From Vicugna vicugna (lineage: Eukaryota), in assembly GCA_013265495.1 (NCBI GenBank), contig MU060486.1, positions 248,001 through 312,000 of the forward strand: a stretch of DNA of 64,000 nt, written 5' to 3'. Of this stretch, positions 53,101 through 64,000 are shown one piece after another. Positions within the stretch are counted from its first letter, which is position 1. The number at the start of each line of letters is the position of its first letter. The notes beneath the pieces were generated by a model, which searched no databases, was not told the origin of the DNA, and saw nothing but the letters and a program-made list of their open reading frames with translations. The position numbers and the translations under genes are program-made.

Positions 53101-56100
53101 GCTCAAGGCATTGTTCTGTGAGTCTTTCTCAAGTCGTGGCCACTTTTTACGAGAGCAAATTAAAGAATAAAGGCCAAGGCATGAAGGAAAACCAGACAAA
53201 CCAAATAAGCAAAGATGGCCAGTGCAGTGACAATTCAGGCCTTAATTTAAGAAAATCTGATATTAAACTGAGAAGTGATCACTACAAATGGAAAAAAGAG
53301 TTCCTTTAAATATTGAGTCTACTCAGTGTGCTTATTACTATTTAGATCATTAACTGCTTTTCAGAAACTGAAGGGCTAGGCATTTGCAGCAACATGGATG
53401 GACCTGGAGTCCATCATTCTAAGTGAAGTAAGCCAGAAAGAGAAAGAAAAATGCCATATGATATCACGTATATGTGAAATCTAAAAAGGACACAACTGAA
53501 CTTATCTACAAAACAGAAGCAGACTTACAAACAGAGAACAAACTTATGGTTACCAGGGGGAAAAGGGGGTGGGAAGGGATAAATTGGGAATTAAAAAATT
53601 CCACCTCTTGGAAAGTGATGGAAATGTTAGCTATCTTGATTGTGGTAGTGGTTTCATTGGTGTATACATCTATCAAAATTCATCAGATTGCACATCTGTG
53701 TACACTATCCTTCAGTGACATTGTACACATGTATATATGTAGTTTACTGTACAGGAACCATACTACAATAAAGGAGTTTAAAAAAAGGCTGAAGGGGTAG
53801 AAAGCTTAACAAAATATATTTAGATATTAACATCTCTGGAAAATTTAAATCATCAAAAAATGTTTCAGTTACAAGGCTCATGTAGCTATTCAGAAATTAA
53901 ATCATCCAGTTAAACATTCGTTAAGTGTAGTGCTGAGTGCTGAGTGAAGCACCTTGGACAATCACATGATTATTAAGAATCGGAGCCTCTCCCGATATGA
54001 AGGAGGAGAATAAGCTTTGGCTCTTGGAGCGCCCAGTCCACTCTCTGCACTGACCGAAGCATACCATCCAGCCACACAGGTGGAGACCATACCATCGGGG
54101 TTGTGTTGTGAAAGCTGCTCTAAGACAGGTTAGTTAGAGGCAGTCTGACAGAGGCATGGAAAAGGAGCTCGGTAAGAATGGGAAGTTTCCAGAAAGAAAG
54201 CAGCTGGCTGCAGACAAGTCTTCACAAGTAGGTACAATTTAGACCAGCAGAACAGAGGGTCCCCGGGCATCCTATGGAGGGAGCATCACAGTGGGAATGT
54301 GTCGGGCAGGGCAGTGCAAGGTATGCAGAACTGACCTGTGCACTGTGGGGTTTGGAGGTTTGTGACAGGCTGTTCGTCGTGTATTAACTCACTCAGTCCT
54401 CACACCTGGTTCGGAGGAAGAGGTTCTAGTGAGCAGTGGACTAAGGAACATGGAGAGATCTGCTTTAGGACAGGTGTTCTTGACCACGGACTGACTGACG
54501 CTGGAAAACATTGTACACAGGGAGACAGTGTACCCTGCGGATAATACAGTTGACCTTTGAACAACATGGGTTTGAACCTCACGGGTCCGCTCATATGTGG
54601 AGTTTTTCAGTAGTAAATAATACAGGAGTACACGGTCTGGGTTGGTTGGACCCATGGATGCAGAACCATGGATATGGAGGAACCCGTTTACTGAGGAGTT
54701 TGGGCTCCGCAGAGTCAGCGCCCCACCCCCACCCCTGCCGAGCTGTTCAGCGGTCAACTATACTTTGCTCATTTGTGTTTTTATGTTACAGCAGCCTCTG
54801 GAGTTATGGTTGGAGGGCTAGAACCTAGGGACATTTCTGAGGTTGAATTGATAGGGTTTGTGAACTTAGCCGGCCCTCGTCAGGTGTCATGCTGCAGAGG
54901 TGACTGGGTCTCCAGGGTCACAGCTGCAGGGGAGGGGAGGGGAGGGGAGCTGATGTAACTGCTGCGAAGGTGGAAGGTGGCTTCTTCCAGAAGTTCCATG
55001 TGGGGGAAAGGAGAGCGCTGAGAGGACTGTAGACAGTCTCTGCTGTGAAGCGGCATGTGCTCGGCAGTGTCTCAGCCAAGGCACCACCTACCACTGTCCC
55101 CATCTTTTCAGGGAAGCAGGACATGCAAGGTCTGATTTCTTGAACTTTTGTGGGCTTATGTTTTTTTTTAAGGTAGCCCAGAATAAAGTGTGTAATTCCT
55201 GTTACATTTGGTTTATAGAAATAATCTGTTTCCTCTTCCTGTGTTTAGTAGGAGAAAGCATGGAACAGTGGCAGAATTAACAAAATTGTGGTTTATTCTC
55301 TGGGGTTTATTTCCTTTCTTCCCTAGACTACTTCTGAAACCTGCTGAGGGAGAAACTTTCAGATATTCCCTTTTCTACTCCCATTGATCATAGAACATTG
55401 AGATTGAAAGAAGTTGCTCTGATTTCCTCAGTTACTAATTAGAGTGATGAATGAATTTAACCTAGATGAAGGGGTAACTTGTCTGAGCAGTTGCTAATAC
55501 AGATCCCAAAATCTGAGTGTAGTTTACCTACGATAATTTCAGAAATATATATGCTTCAAACTTACCCAAAAAAATTTTGGCAGTATAATTATTGAAGTTT
55601 CTTATATAGTTATTTATCTTTGTAATTTTGAATAATGCATTTGCATTTTTAATTTTCTATCTTAGTCCCTGTGAAGATGGCAAGCACTTATAATTAGGAA
55701 CCAGGATGGCCTGTTCCTCTTCTTTGTAAGGCTTTAAGTACGTACAAAAATCAAATAGTAGGAGATTTTCCCTTTCTCTAACTGCTGGCTTTTGTGGTCT
55801 GCCCCTCCTGCAGAGCGTCTGGACCTTCTTCATCGAGAACAACATCTCTCATGGTGCACTGGTGGCCTTGTTCCATCACTTTGTTCAGGTGGTCCATAAG
55901 AAGAGCGTCAGTGTACAGCATCGTGAATTCGGCCTTCACGCTGCCGGACTTTATTTTCTGCTGCTGGAAGTACCAGGTATGTGGGTTTGGTGTGATAGGA
56001 CAGGCCTTTTAGTTTTTCATTTGTCTGCATTGTTTTGAACACTTTGTTCCCTCACTTGTGAAATGAATTTGTTCCCAGATTAGATGACAGTAAATCTTGG

Positions 56101-59100
56101 AAGCACATGGCATGTCACCAGTGTTGGAGAAATGCCCCTCCCATTTTTCTGTAAATGTGTTTCTGTGCTGGGTCTGTAACCTAATACAAATAATCCGAGA
56201 GGGTACAGCTGGAGGGGCTGTTTCCCAGTTACAGGAGCTGCACTCCTAGCATTCAGCTCTGATGTTGCCCGGCCTCCCCTGCCTCCCTGTCCCAGCTGAG
56301 AAAAGTGCCGGGGGCGGGGGGTATTCTCTCCCCCGTGTGGGTGTAGGAACTGGTTGGAAGCATCCTCGTCCAGAAGGCCTGTGGACAGCTGGTCTCAGTG
56401 AGGGAAGCACAGGACAGTCTGTCTATGATGCTGTAGCACTTCGTTTCTGGGCCGAGCACTTAGGTGTGAGCAGAAGGGGTGGAGGGGGCAGGGAAGGGCT
56501 ATAGCTGTGGAACTCAGTTCACCTGAAGAGAAATCAGGACCTGCCCCCCGCTGCCCCCTCCTTCTGCTTGTCATTGTTTACATTGGTATGTCTGTAATGA
56601 ATGTTAAGGACTTTCCCATGCGATTTGGAAATTGGTAGAGATGTGTAAAGCCTTGAACATTGATTTGTTTTGTTGCTAATGCTCCTGTGATGACTTTTGA
56701 AATAAGTTCCCAAAGAACTCATTGGCCGAGCGATGTCTCAGTTATACCTGGGCTCTCAGAGAAGTGGTGGTGTTGGAAACCCAGTTTCACTCTTCTCTCC
56801 TTGCTGAGTTCAGCTCCTTCTGTTCCAGAGCCAAGAGGTGGCTGTTACTGATGACATGGCCACTTGCAGCTTTCCAGCAAGTCATATTTTTGCCAGTTAC
56901 CTGCTGCCTTTAAATGTTTCTGGATTATGGTTGGGATGTTGTTGATAATGTTTGATCATAGTTTATCCTTTTTCAAGATGGTTTTAGTTATTTTGGGTCC
57001 CTTGCATTTTCATAGAAATTTTAGGATTTGCATGTCGATTTCTTTCCAAAAAGGCAGCTGGGATTTTGACAGGGATTGCATTGACTAGATCGATGTGGAG
57101 GGTGTTGCCATCTTAACAGCATTGACTCTTCCAGGATGTGAACACAGATGTCTTTCCATATACTCAGGTCTGTAATTTGTTTCAGTGATGTTTTGTAGTT
57201 TTCAGTGCAAAGCTTTTGCACGTCTTTGGTTAAATTTATTTCCAAGTATTTTATTCTTGTCTCTGCTGTAGTAGATGAATTTGTTTGCTTAATTTAATTT
57301 TCAGATTGTTTGCTGGTGGTATATGGAAGTACAGTCGCTTTTTGATTATTGATCTGGTACCCTGCAACTGCTGAACTCATTTTCTGGTTCTAGTAGGATT
57401 TTCTACCTGTAAGATCAAGTCACTTGTGAATAGACATACTTTTCCTTCTTCCTTTCCAGTCTGGATGCCTTTCAATTCTTTTTGTTGCCTAGTTGCCCTG
57501 GCTAGATCCTCTAGTCCACTGCTGAATAAAATTGGGAAAGTAGGCATCTTGTCTTGTTCCCGATCTAAGGAAGAAGACTTTCAGTCTTTTGCCCTTATGA
57601 TGCCTGCTGAGGGTGTTTTGAGGATAGCCTTTATCAAGTTATTATTCCTACTTTGTGGAGTGTCTTATTATGAATGAGTATTAGGTTTTGTCATTTGCTT
57701 TTCTGCACCTGTGTGTGAGGTGATCGTGTGGTTTTGTTCTTCATTTTAATAATGCAGTATATTCACTGATTGATTTTCATATGTTAAGCCAGTTTTGCAT
57801 GACCTTGGTCATAGTGTTTAATCCTTTTTATATCTTGTCAGATTCAGTTAGCTAATATTTTATTGAGTATTTTTGCATAGATAAGTTTTTGCTTGTTTGT
57901 TGATGTCTTTTTGATGGTTTGTGTTTTAGGACTATACCAGTATCATGGAATGAGTTGGGTAATATTCTTGCCTATTCTACTTTTTGGAAGTTTGTGAAGA
58001 AATGGTTGTTTTTCTTTCTTAAATTTTTGGTGGAATTCGCTAGAGAGGTATCTGGGCCTGGAGTTTTCACTGAAAGAAATTTTTTGTTTGTAGAATCATG
58101 ATGTGTTCTATTCATGGTTAATGTTGCTAATCTGTATTTTTTTCTTTATCAATCTAGAGATTGATCATTTCAGAGAACCCTCTTTTGCTGTTACTGGTTA
58201 TCTCTAATGTTTGTCCATTTTCTATTTCAGTGATTTTGGTTTTATCTCTTTGGTTGCCTGCCTTCTTATTTTGGGTTTCATTTGTTTTTATTCAGACTTC
58301 CTAAGGTGGGTGCTTAGATCTTTGTTCTCATGTACTTTTCTTTGTCTCTAATACACGTAATGTTACACGTTTCCCTCTATTTACTGCTTCATCTGCATCC
58401 TGAAGATTTTGATGATCTGTTCAGTTAGACCAAAGCAATTTTCTGATTTCTCTTGTGGTATTTGGTAGTGTGTTTAATTTCCAAGTATTTGAGGACTTTC
58501 CTGAAATCTTGTAATGCTTTCTATTTTAATTATGTTGAGATCAGAGCACATACTTTGTATGATTACACTACTTTTAAATTACTGAGTTTTTTGTTTTTTT
58601 CCGGAAGTGGCCTGGCACATGCTCTGACTCAGGAATCTTGTGTTTACACTGGAACAGAATGTGTATTCTACCTTTGGTGGGTCTCTCTTCTATGAATGTC
58701 AAATTGGTTGCTGTGGTTGTTCGAGTCTTTTATACCCTTTCTGATATTCTGTTTATTTATTCCATCAATTACTGAGAGAAGGGTGTTGAAATCTCCAGGT
58801 ATAATTGTTAATTTATCTGTTTCTCCTGTCAATTCTGTTGGTTTTAACCTAAGGTATTTCAAAAGTCTGTTGGATACAGACATTTATGCTCGAATGTCTT
58901 CCCTTTTGGTGTTGTGTCATGTCCCTCTTTGACTGTATTCTTTGCGCTGAAGTTTTCTTTAATCTTTAGCTGGTTACTACATAACTTGTCCTTGGTTGGG
59001 ATACCCTTTCTCATGCCTTACGTGTGCTGTGTCTGTGAGCTTATATTTCAGCAGCGTGTTGAAGACTGCTCTGCACTGTTTCATCCTCTCAGTAATCTTT

Positions 59101-62100
59101 GTCTTTTTATGGAACATTTGGGCAGTTTAGATAATTACACTTAATATAATTATGAGTGTGGTTGTGTTCCTGCCATCTTGATATTAATTTTCTGTTTTCC
59201 ATCTGTTTTTTGTTCCATTTTCCCCTCTTCCTGCCTTTGATTGGTTTTTTCTTAGTATGCCACGTCATCCCCCACTTCAGGCTTATTGACTGTACTTACT
59301 TGCATGTGTGTGTGTGTTAAGTGCTTGCTCTGGATGTATAGTAAGTACTTTTAACAGTGTGTCTTCAGATGATATTCCACTAATTTATAGGTGATGTGAG
59401 GACCATGAGACAGTGCAGTCTCCCTCCTCCCCTCCTCTGTCTGCTGCTGTAGTTATACATCTCATTTCCACGTGTCATGAACCACACAGTTCATCCCTAA
59501 CATTTCTCTTTGAAGTATCTTTAATTGTTTTAGAAAACAAAAAACAAATGTCTTTTGTATTTTAGCTCTGGCGTGTCTCTGCCCAGGGTGTGCTCTGAAA
59601 GCTGCCCGTCTCCCACCTGTTGATAGTTTGCTCTGCCCACCTTCCTGGGGGTCCCTCTAGTGTGCACGGCGGTGATCAGTGCTGTGCAGACTCCCCCAGT
59701 GCCCTGCTCTGTACCCTCCAGTCCACTCGCCCTCCAGACTCGGTCTGTCTGTGCTCAGGTTCACCATCTTCCTGCTGTTGCCCAGACATCGCCTCTAGAC
59801 ACAAAATCAGGCCAGCGTGAGGATTTACCTCACTGGTTTCCCTGTTCTCAGGGGTTACATGGCTAGACCGCTTCTTGCTCTGTGTCTTAGAATGGTTATT
59901 TTACAAATTTCTGTCCAGTTGTAGAGTTGTTTATAGCAGGAGGACAAGTATAGAACCAGTTTCTCCCTCATGGCCAGATAGGAAATCTCGTTACTTATTT
60001 GTGATCAGCCCAACTGCTCACTGCCTAGGGCTGATGTTGGATGGAGCTTTCTTGCTAACGGTTCATTGTTATTCAACGTTAAAGAGAAGCTTGATTTTGC
60101 TTTTTAATTTTTCGTTGTTGTTACAGACGTATTTCAAGACACTGAAATCTGTCCTGCTTACTCTCTGTTCTGTACGAATAGGCAGTGTTGCCAGTCAAGT
60201 ATTCCACCCAGTGATGTTTGACAAATGTATTCAGACTCTAAAGAGGAGCTGGCCCCAGGAGTCCAGCTCGAGTCAGAAGAGAAAAAAAGAACAACCAAAG
60301 AACTCTCAGGCTAATCCACGAGGGAGCAGGAAGAGGGGGAAGCTCCCCAGGAAAGAGGACACGGAGGTGAGCAGTGAGTGGGCCAGTAGAGCAAGTCTGT
60401 ACCAACAGGGGATTCTGACCTATTTAAGAATTAACTCCATGTTAAGGCAGGGTTTCAGGGTCATGATTATAGCCGAAGGCCCTAGGTACCGTCAGCGCGC
60501 CAGTAGGACTTTCGGTTGCCCCACGTTCTCCTGAGCGTAGGTTTCTGCCTTGCCGTCTTCCTGGTCTCGTTCCAGTTGTGCCTCCCACATGCTGGCAGGT
60601 GTGTTTGCCATGTTCTTATTGTCATTAGAGAGGGTGGTCGAAGTATCCTGAGGACTGACATCCATAAGAGCATAGAAGGATGTTAATTCCAAATTCTTGG
60701 ATGGTAGAGAGAAGTTCACTGACTTCAGAACTTCTGAGAAACACAAAAATTCTCACGGTTCCAAAATATGGGACTAGAAACTGTGATAGCATCCACCAGT
60801 CCAGTGACCGATCACTGGCCATAGAGACCTATAGCAGGCAGGGGACCTGCTCAGCATCTCAGTGACTACCTGGGGTTTCACTGGCCTTCATTTGGGGACA
60901 TGAAAACCACCGGGAAAGTGTTAGGCAGTGTTACCCAGTCAGCTGTACATTTCTTCATAATCTAGATGGATGAAATTATTGAGGAACAAGAAGATGAAGA
61001 GAACATTTATTTTTCTGCCCGGGACCTTTGTCGGATTCGAAATGCTATCTTTCACGTTTTGAAGAACTTTTTAAGGCTTCTGCCCAAGTTTTCCCTGAAA
61101 GAAAAGCCACAATGTGTACAAAATTGTGTAGAGGTAAGTGAGAATTCCTGAGCCTTGGGCACATGCAAGGGCACAGACGATGGCTGACACTTGAGGAGCA
61201 GGAAAGATGAGACCTCTTCTGGGCATCTGTTTTCCAGGTTTTTGTGGCATTAACTAATTTTGAACCAGTTCTTCATGAATTTCATGTTACACAAGCCAGG
61301 TGAGTGTTTAAATCTTACAGTGCTAATATTTAAATATGGTACAATAAGTTGCTCCAGGAGAAGTTTAAGTGCCGTCTTTTTCCTAATTGGCACACGGGTC
61401 CAATTCATTCATTTAAATATGGCTTATAGGGTTGGGAAGTATTCCAGGTGAAGTCATACCCATTAACTAATCTTTTCTCTTTAGAAACCTTGACGAAGCA
61501 AAATACATACCAGAACTGGCCTATCACGGATTGTATTTGCTGTGCTCCCCAGTTCATGGGGAAGGGGATAAGGTAAAGAGACGGGACATAACTGAGCTGC
61601 TCTTTGAATTGAAAGCCTGCAGGTCGTCAGATGGAAAATGCTGGAAGCAGTTGGTGTGATGCCGTGTTAACTCATCAGACTGTTCTCATGACCTGAGGAC
61701 TTCTGTGTGATGAAAAGCATCCCCATTGCCACTGGTTGCCTGCTGTTCATTATCAGACTTGTACCCAGATGCTTGGCGGCCATGGGAAACGGCACAGAGA
61801 CTGGTTCCAGTGTGAACTGGGTGAAAGACAGATGAGCTGTTGAACAGAGCATTACTTTTACAGAGTCTTTACCAAATTCTTCTCAAGAGAAGAGCAGACA
61901 GTCATTGAGTTTTCAGGTTTCCCTTGGCAATTCATGTGTGCTTCAGTACTTCTGTTAGTGTTTGTACTTTGGTGGATAATTCTGCAGACACATTCCTGGT
62001 TACTGTTCATGTGTGATTTGCCCCCAGGTGACCTTAGAAGCCCCTCTGCTCTGGGCGCTGGAGTTAGGGGTGTTAATGAACCTGGATGTCATTAATAAAA

Positions 62101-63336
62101 CAAGAGTTTGCAAAAAACTTGAGCCCAAGGTCCTGTGCCATTGGTGGCTGTGATATGCTTAGTTTCCAGGGGCCCCAGGCCTGTGGCCTCTGCACCTCTG
62201 TGCCCAAACTCAGGCACTGTTGCTCACTGGCTGTGTGTCCTTTGTGAGTTACTGGACCTTTGAGGCCTCAGTTTTCTCGTCTGGACGAAAAGGACAAAAG
62301 GCTTACCTTCCTTGTAGATGTGTCAGGAGGGTGACATGAAGTGCCTCAGCACAGTGCCTTCTGCTTAGAAAACGTTCCGTATTTTGTGATTCATTACGTC
62401 ATTGTCATTTCTGTGTTTGAATGTGGATGTGATAGAATTGACAGTAATGCTTCTAATCCCCATGTGCTTTTCAGTGTGTAGAACAAAAGGTGGGTGGAAA
62501 GAGTTACCCTTCTGTGTCTGCAGTGTCTCTGAGGACGTAGTGTTTTCTTGTTGTGACAGTGTTGTCCTGATGTTGGGTGACATTGGTTATAGCCTGACCT
62601 TTAATTAGCTGAGTTTGGACTATTCACCTTTGGAGTTTCTTGCTGTGTATCAAGTAGAAATAATAATACTGGTATTAAGTATAAAATGGAGGTGCTGCCT
62701 TGCTTACCTCGTGGAGCTGGGAGGTCTCGGGTTATGATCAAATCTGGTAATACCTGAACGTGCTTCATGCAATGCCTGCCATAAGCTTGGTTTTCAGGAA
62801 GTGTTTTGTTTCCTGGATGAATGAATGAACAAGTTGAGTAAATTACATGGGATACACGTGGAAGGTGCTCTGTAAGCCTCGGGTGAAGTACAGGTGTAAG
62901 GTGTCATCATCTTTTTTCTGTAAGGGGTTATCAGTAGCATTCTTTGTAAGTTGCAGGTGGTCCTCCGTGGGCCCTGATTTCTGGGCTGCCATGCAAGAAG
63001 GTGGACAGAGAACAAGGTGATATGCCTGTCGTCGCCCACACGAGCAGGGCTTTCTCACTGTTTGCGTGGTGTGATTACTGAATACCGTGTCAACCTGACT
63101 CACCTCCAGACACTTGAAGTGGTTCGCTGTGGTCTGCTTGCAGTCCCCGAGGCCCTGGGATTCTCTGTCATGCCCTAAATTGAATTTTCTTTTCTCTTCC
63201 AGGTTATCAGCTGTGTTTTCCATCAAATGCTGAACGTCATACTAATGTTAGAAGTGGGCGAGGGCTCCCATCGCGCCCCCCTTGCTGTCACTTCACCGGT
63301 CATCAGCAGTAGAAACCAGGCGGTTCGCTTTATCAG
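50133..63336 (+). CDS. NCAPD3: Condensin II HEAT subunit CAP-D3, 5' partial (exons 1-8, 1016 nt); continues beyond the window
   Basis: join 50133-50193, 52773-52927, 55814-55976, 60182-60366, 60966-61133, 61238-61299, 61485-61572, 63203-63336. All introns GT-AG, phases consistent. [60 protein letters not shown]. Confidence 0.97.
50545..51190 (-). mobile_element. ERV1 (MER4/MER41-group-like) LTR in NCAPD3 intron 1
   Basis: GGAAAGAATTCAAGAGCGAGCC hallmark, internal ACACACT...GAGTGC duplication, GATCTACTAGAAGTC and CCGCCATACTGG; edges approximate. Confidence 0.7.
52773..52927 (+). CDS. NCAPD3: NCAPD3 exon 2
   Basis: tag|AA TGG GTG ... ACA GAG|gtaaa; 155 nt. Confidence 0.96.
53381..53790 (+). 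mobile_element. Two joined LINE-1 3' ends (young 53381-~53590, older L1M ~53600-53790) in NCAPD3 intron 2
   Basis: CATTTGCAGCAACATGGATGGACC...AGCCAGAAAGAGAAAG; then GTGATGGAAATGTT...CTTGATTGTGGTAGTGGTT...CAATAAA. Confidence 0.85.
54547..54760. mobile_element. Non-autonomous Tigger (TcMar) DNA transposon relic, Tigger2/MER28-like
   Basis: TIRs CAGTTGACCTTTGAACAAC ... GCTGTTCAGCGGTCAACTA; TA target-site duplication at 54545-46 and 54761-62. Confidence 0.88.
55814..55976 (+). CDS. NCAPD3: NCAPD3 exon 3
   Basis: cag|AGC GTC TGG ... CCA G|gtatg; [10 protein letters not shown]...LLLEVP; 163 nt. Confidence 0.96.
56895..59330 (-). mobile_element. Old L1M ORF2-region fragments in NCAPD3 intron 3, antisense to the host
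   Basis: T-rich antisense L1 signatures (GCTGGGATTTTGACAGGGATTGCATTG, CCCTGGCTAGATCCTCTAG, GGGTGTTGAAATCTCCAGGTATAATTG); edges approximate. Confidence 0.85.
60182..60366 (+). CDS. NCAPD3: NCAPD3 exon 4
   Basis: tag|GC AGT GTT ... ACG GAG|gtgag; 185 nt. Confidence 0.96.
60966..61133 (+). CDS. NCAPD3: NCAPD3 exon 5
   Basis: tag|ATG GAT GAA ... GTA GAG|gtaag; [16 protein letters not shown]...QNCVE; 168 nt. Confidence 0.96.
61238..61299 (+). CDS. NCAPD3: NCAPD3 exon 6
   Basis: cag|GTT TTT ... GCC AG|gtgag; 62 nt. Confidence 0.95.
61485..61572 (+). CDS. NCAPD3: NCAPD3 exon 7
   Basis: tag|A AAC CTT ... GAT AAG|gtaaa; 88 nt. Confidence 0.95.
63203..63336 (+). CDS. NCAPD3: NCAPD3 exon 8
   Basis: cag|GTT ATC AGC ... 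ATC AG|gtggt; [19 protein letters not shown]...AVRFI; 134 nt. Confidence 0.95.
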
Positions 63337-64000
63337 GTGGTGCACTCACCACTTGGAGCTTTACTGTTTCTCACTCTCCCTCAGTCTTCTGGGCCCTGTA
63401 CTAACCAAGATTTATGACACCTATGGAAACTAACAAAATTGTGATCTGTTTGTGGTTTGGGACTCAAAATACAGCACTTTGTAGCTGGTCTGGGTCTGTG
63501 GGAGGGATGCGCACCTGCAGTCCGTGGCCTGCCTGTGGGGTCAGCTCGGTGTTTACCTCCCCAAGCCCGCCTCTTCCTGGGCTTTTTCTGCTTTTCTCTC
63601 CTCTGAATCTCCTTGTTGCTCCTTGTTACTTCTACTTACTTAGTTTTTGCTTCTTTGGCAATAATTAATAGACCAGTTCTTCCCTCGGGAGTCACTTAGC
63701 TTCACCTAAAAAGTTCCGTGTCTCAGCTTTATTGGCAAAATGATGTTTGCTGTGTTACTGGCTTTTGTTTCCCTCCGTTACTGGGTGTTCAGTGTGCAGC
63801 GTGGAGGTGGTGAGGAAGTGGGAAGTGTGCGTGTGAGTGTGTGTGCGCGTGGAGGTAGGCGCGGGACGTGGTGTGGTTGGAGCTGTGGGCTGTGGACAGT
63901 GGAGTCCAGTACAGGCTGCCATCCGATCCTTGAGTGAGTGTCTCTGGTTAAGGGTTTTTTTGAACATCAAATAACTAAGATGTTTTAAGTAGAAACACTT

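Noticed and set aside
59875-60534. 219-aa ORF
   Set aside because: It is NCAPD3 exon 4 plus in-frame flanking intron.
63800-63935. GT-rich stretch followed by GTGAGTG, a possible NCAPD3 exon 9
   Set aside because: No match to the expected SALVDELKES...HICAK peptide; it is a simple repeat, and exon 9 lies beyond the window.

Overview
Mammalian genomic DNA, probably camelid (inferred from the L1 3'-UTR type and the lack of recognisable ruminant or pig tRNA-SINEs), from a short-read assembly with two N gaps. It holds the conserved cluster syntenic to human 11q25: ACAD8 (-, 11 exons, intact 415-aa ORF), THYN1 (+, 7 exons, 226 aa), VPS26B (-, 6 exons) and NCAPD3 (+, exons 1-8, continuing past the window). 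ACAD8/THYN1 and VPS26B/NCAPD3 are head-to-head pairs on CpG-island promoters, and THYN1/VPS26B are tail-to-tail. Exon boundaries were read by hand from GT/AG sites and checked for frame continuity. Main anomalies: (1) the last 29 nt and donor of VPS26B exon 2 are replaced by ~58 nt of unrelated sequence (assembly chimera or real lesion); (2) a TSD-flanked L1 in ACAD8 intron 1 lacks almost all of ORF2, with a junction compatible with splicing and an antisense donor in phase with ACAD8 exon 2; (3) ACAD8 has substitutions at family-conserved residues (R405C, D321N); (4) a minisatellite is built from the VPS26B exon 4 donor, with GT changed to CT in the intronic copies; (5) some old L1 relics show strong AT->GC drift. 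No prokaryote-type system, CRISPR array, tRNA or rRNA was found. Orthologue and repeat-consensus comparisons are from memory, not database searches.
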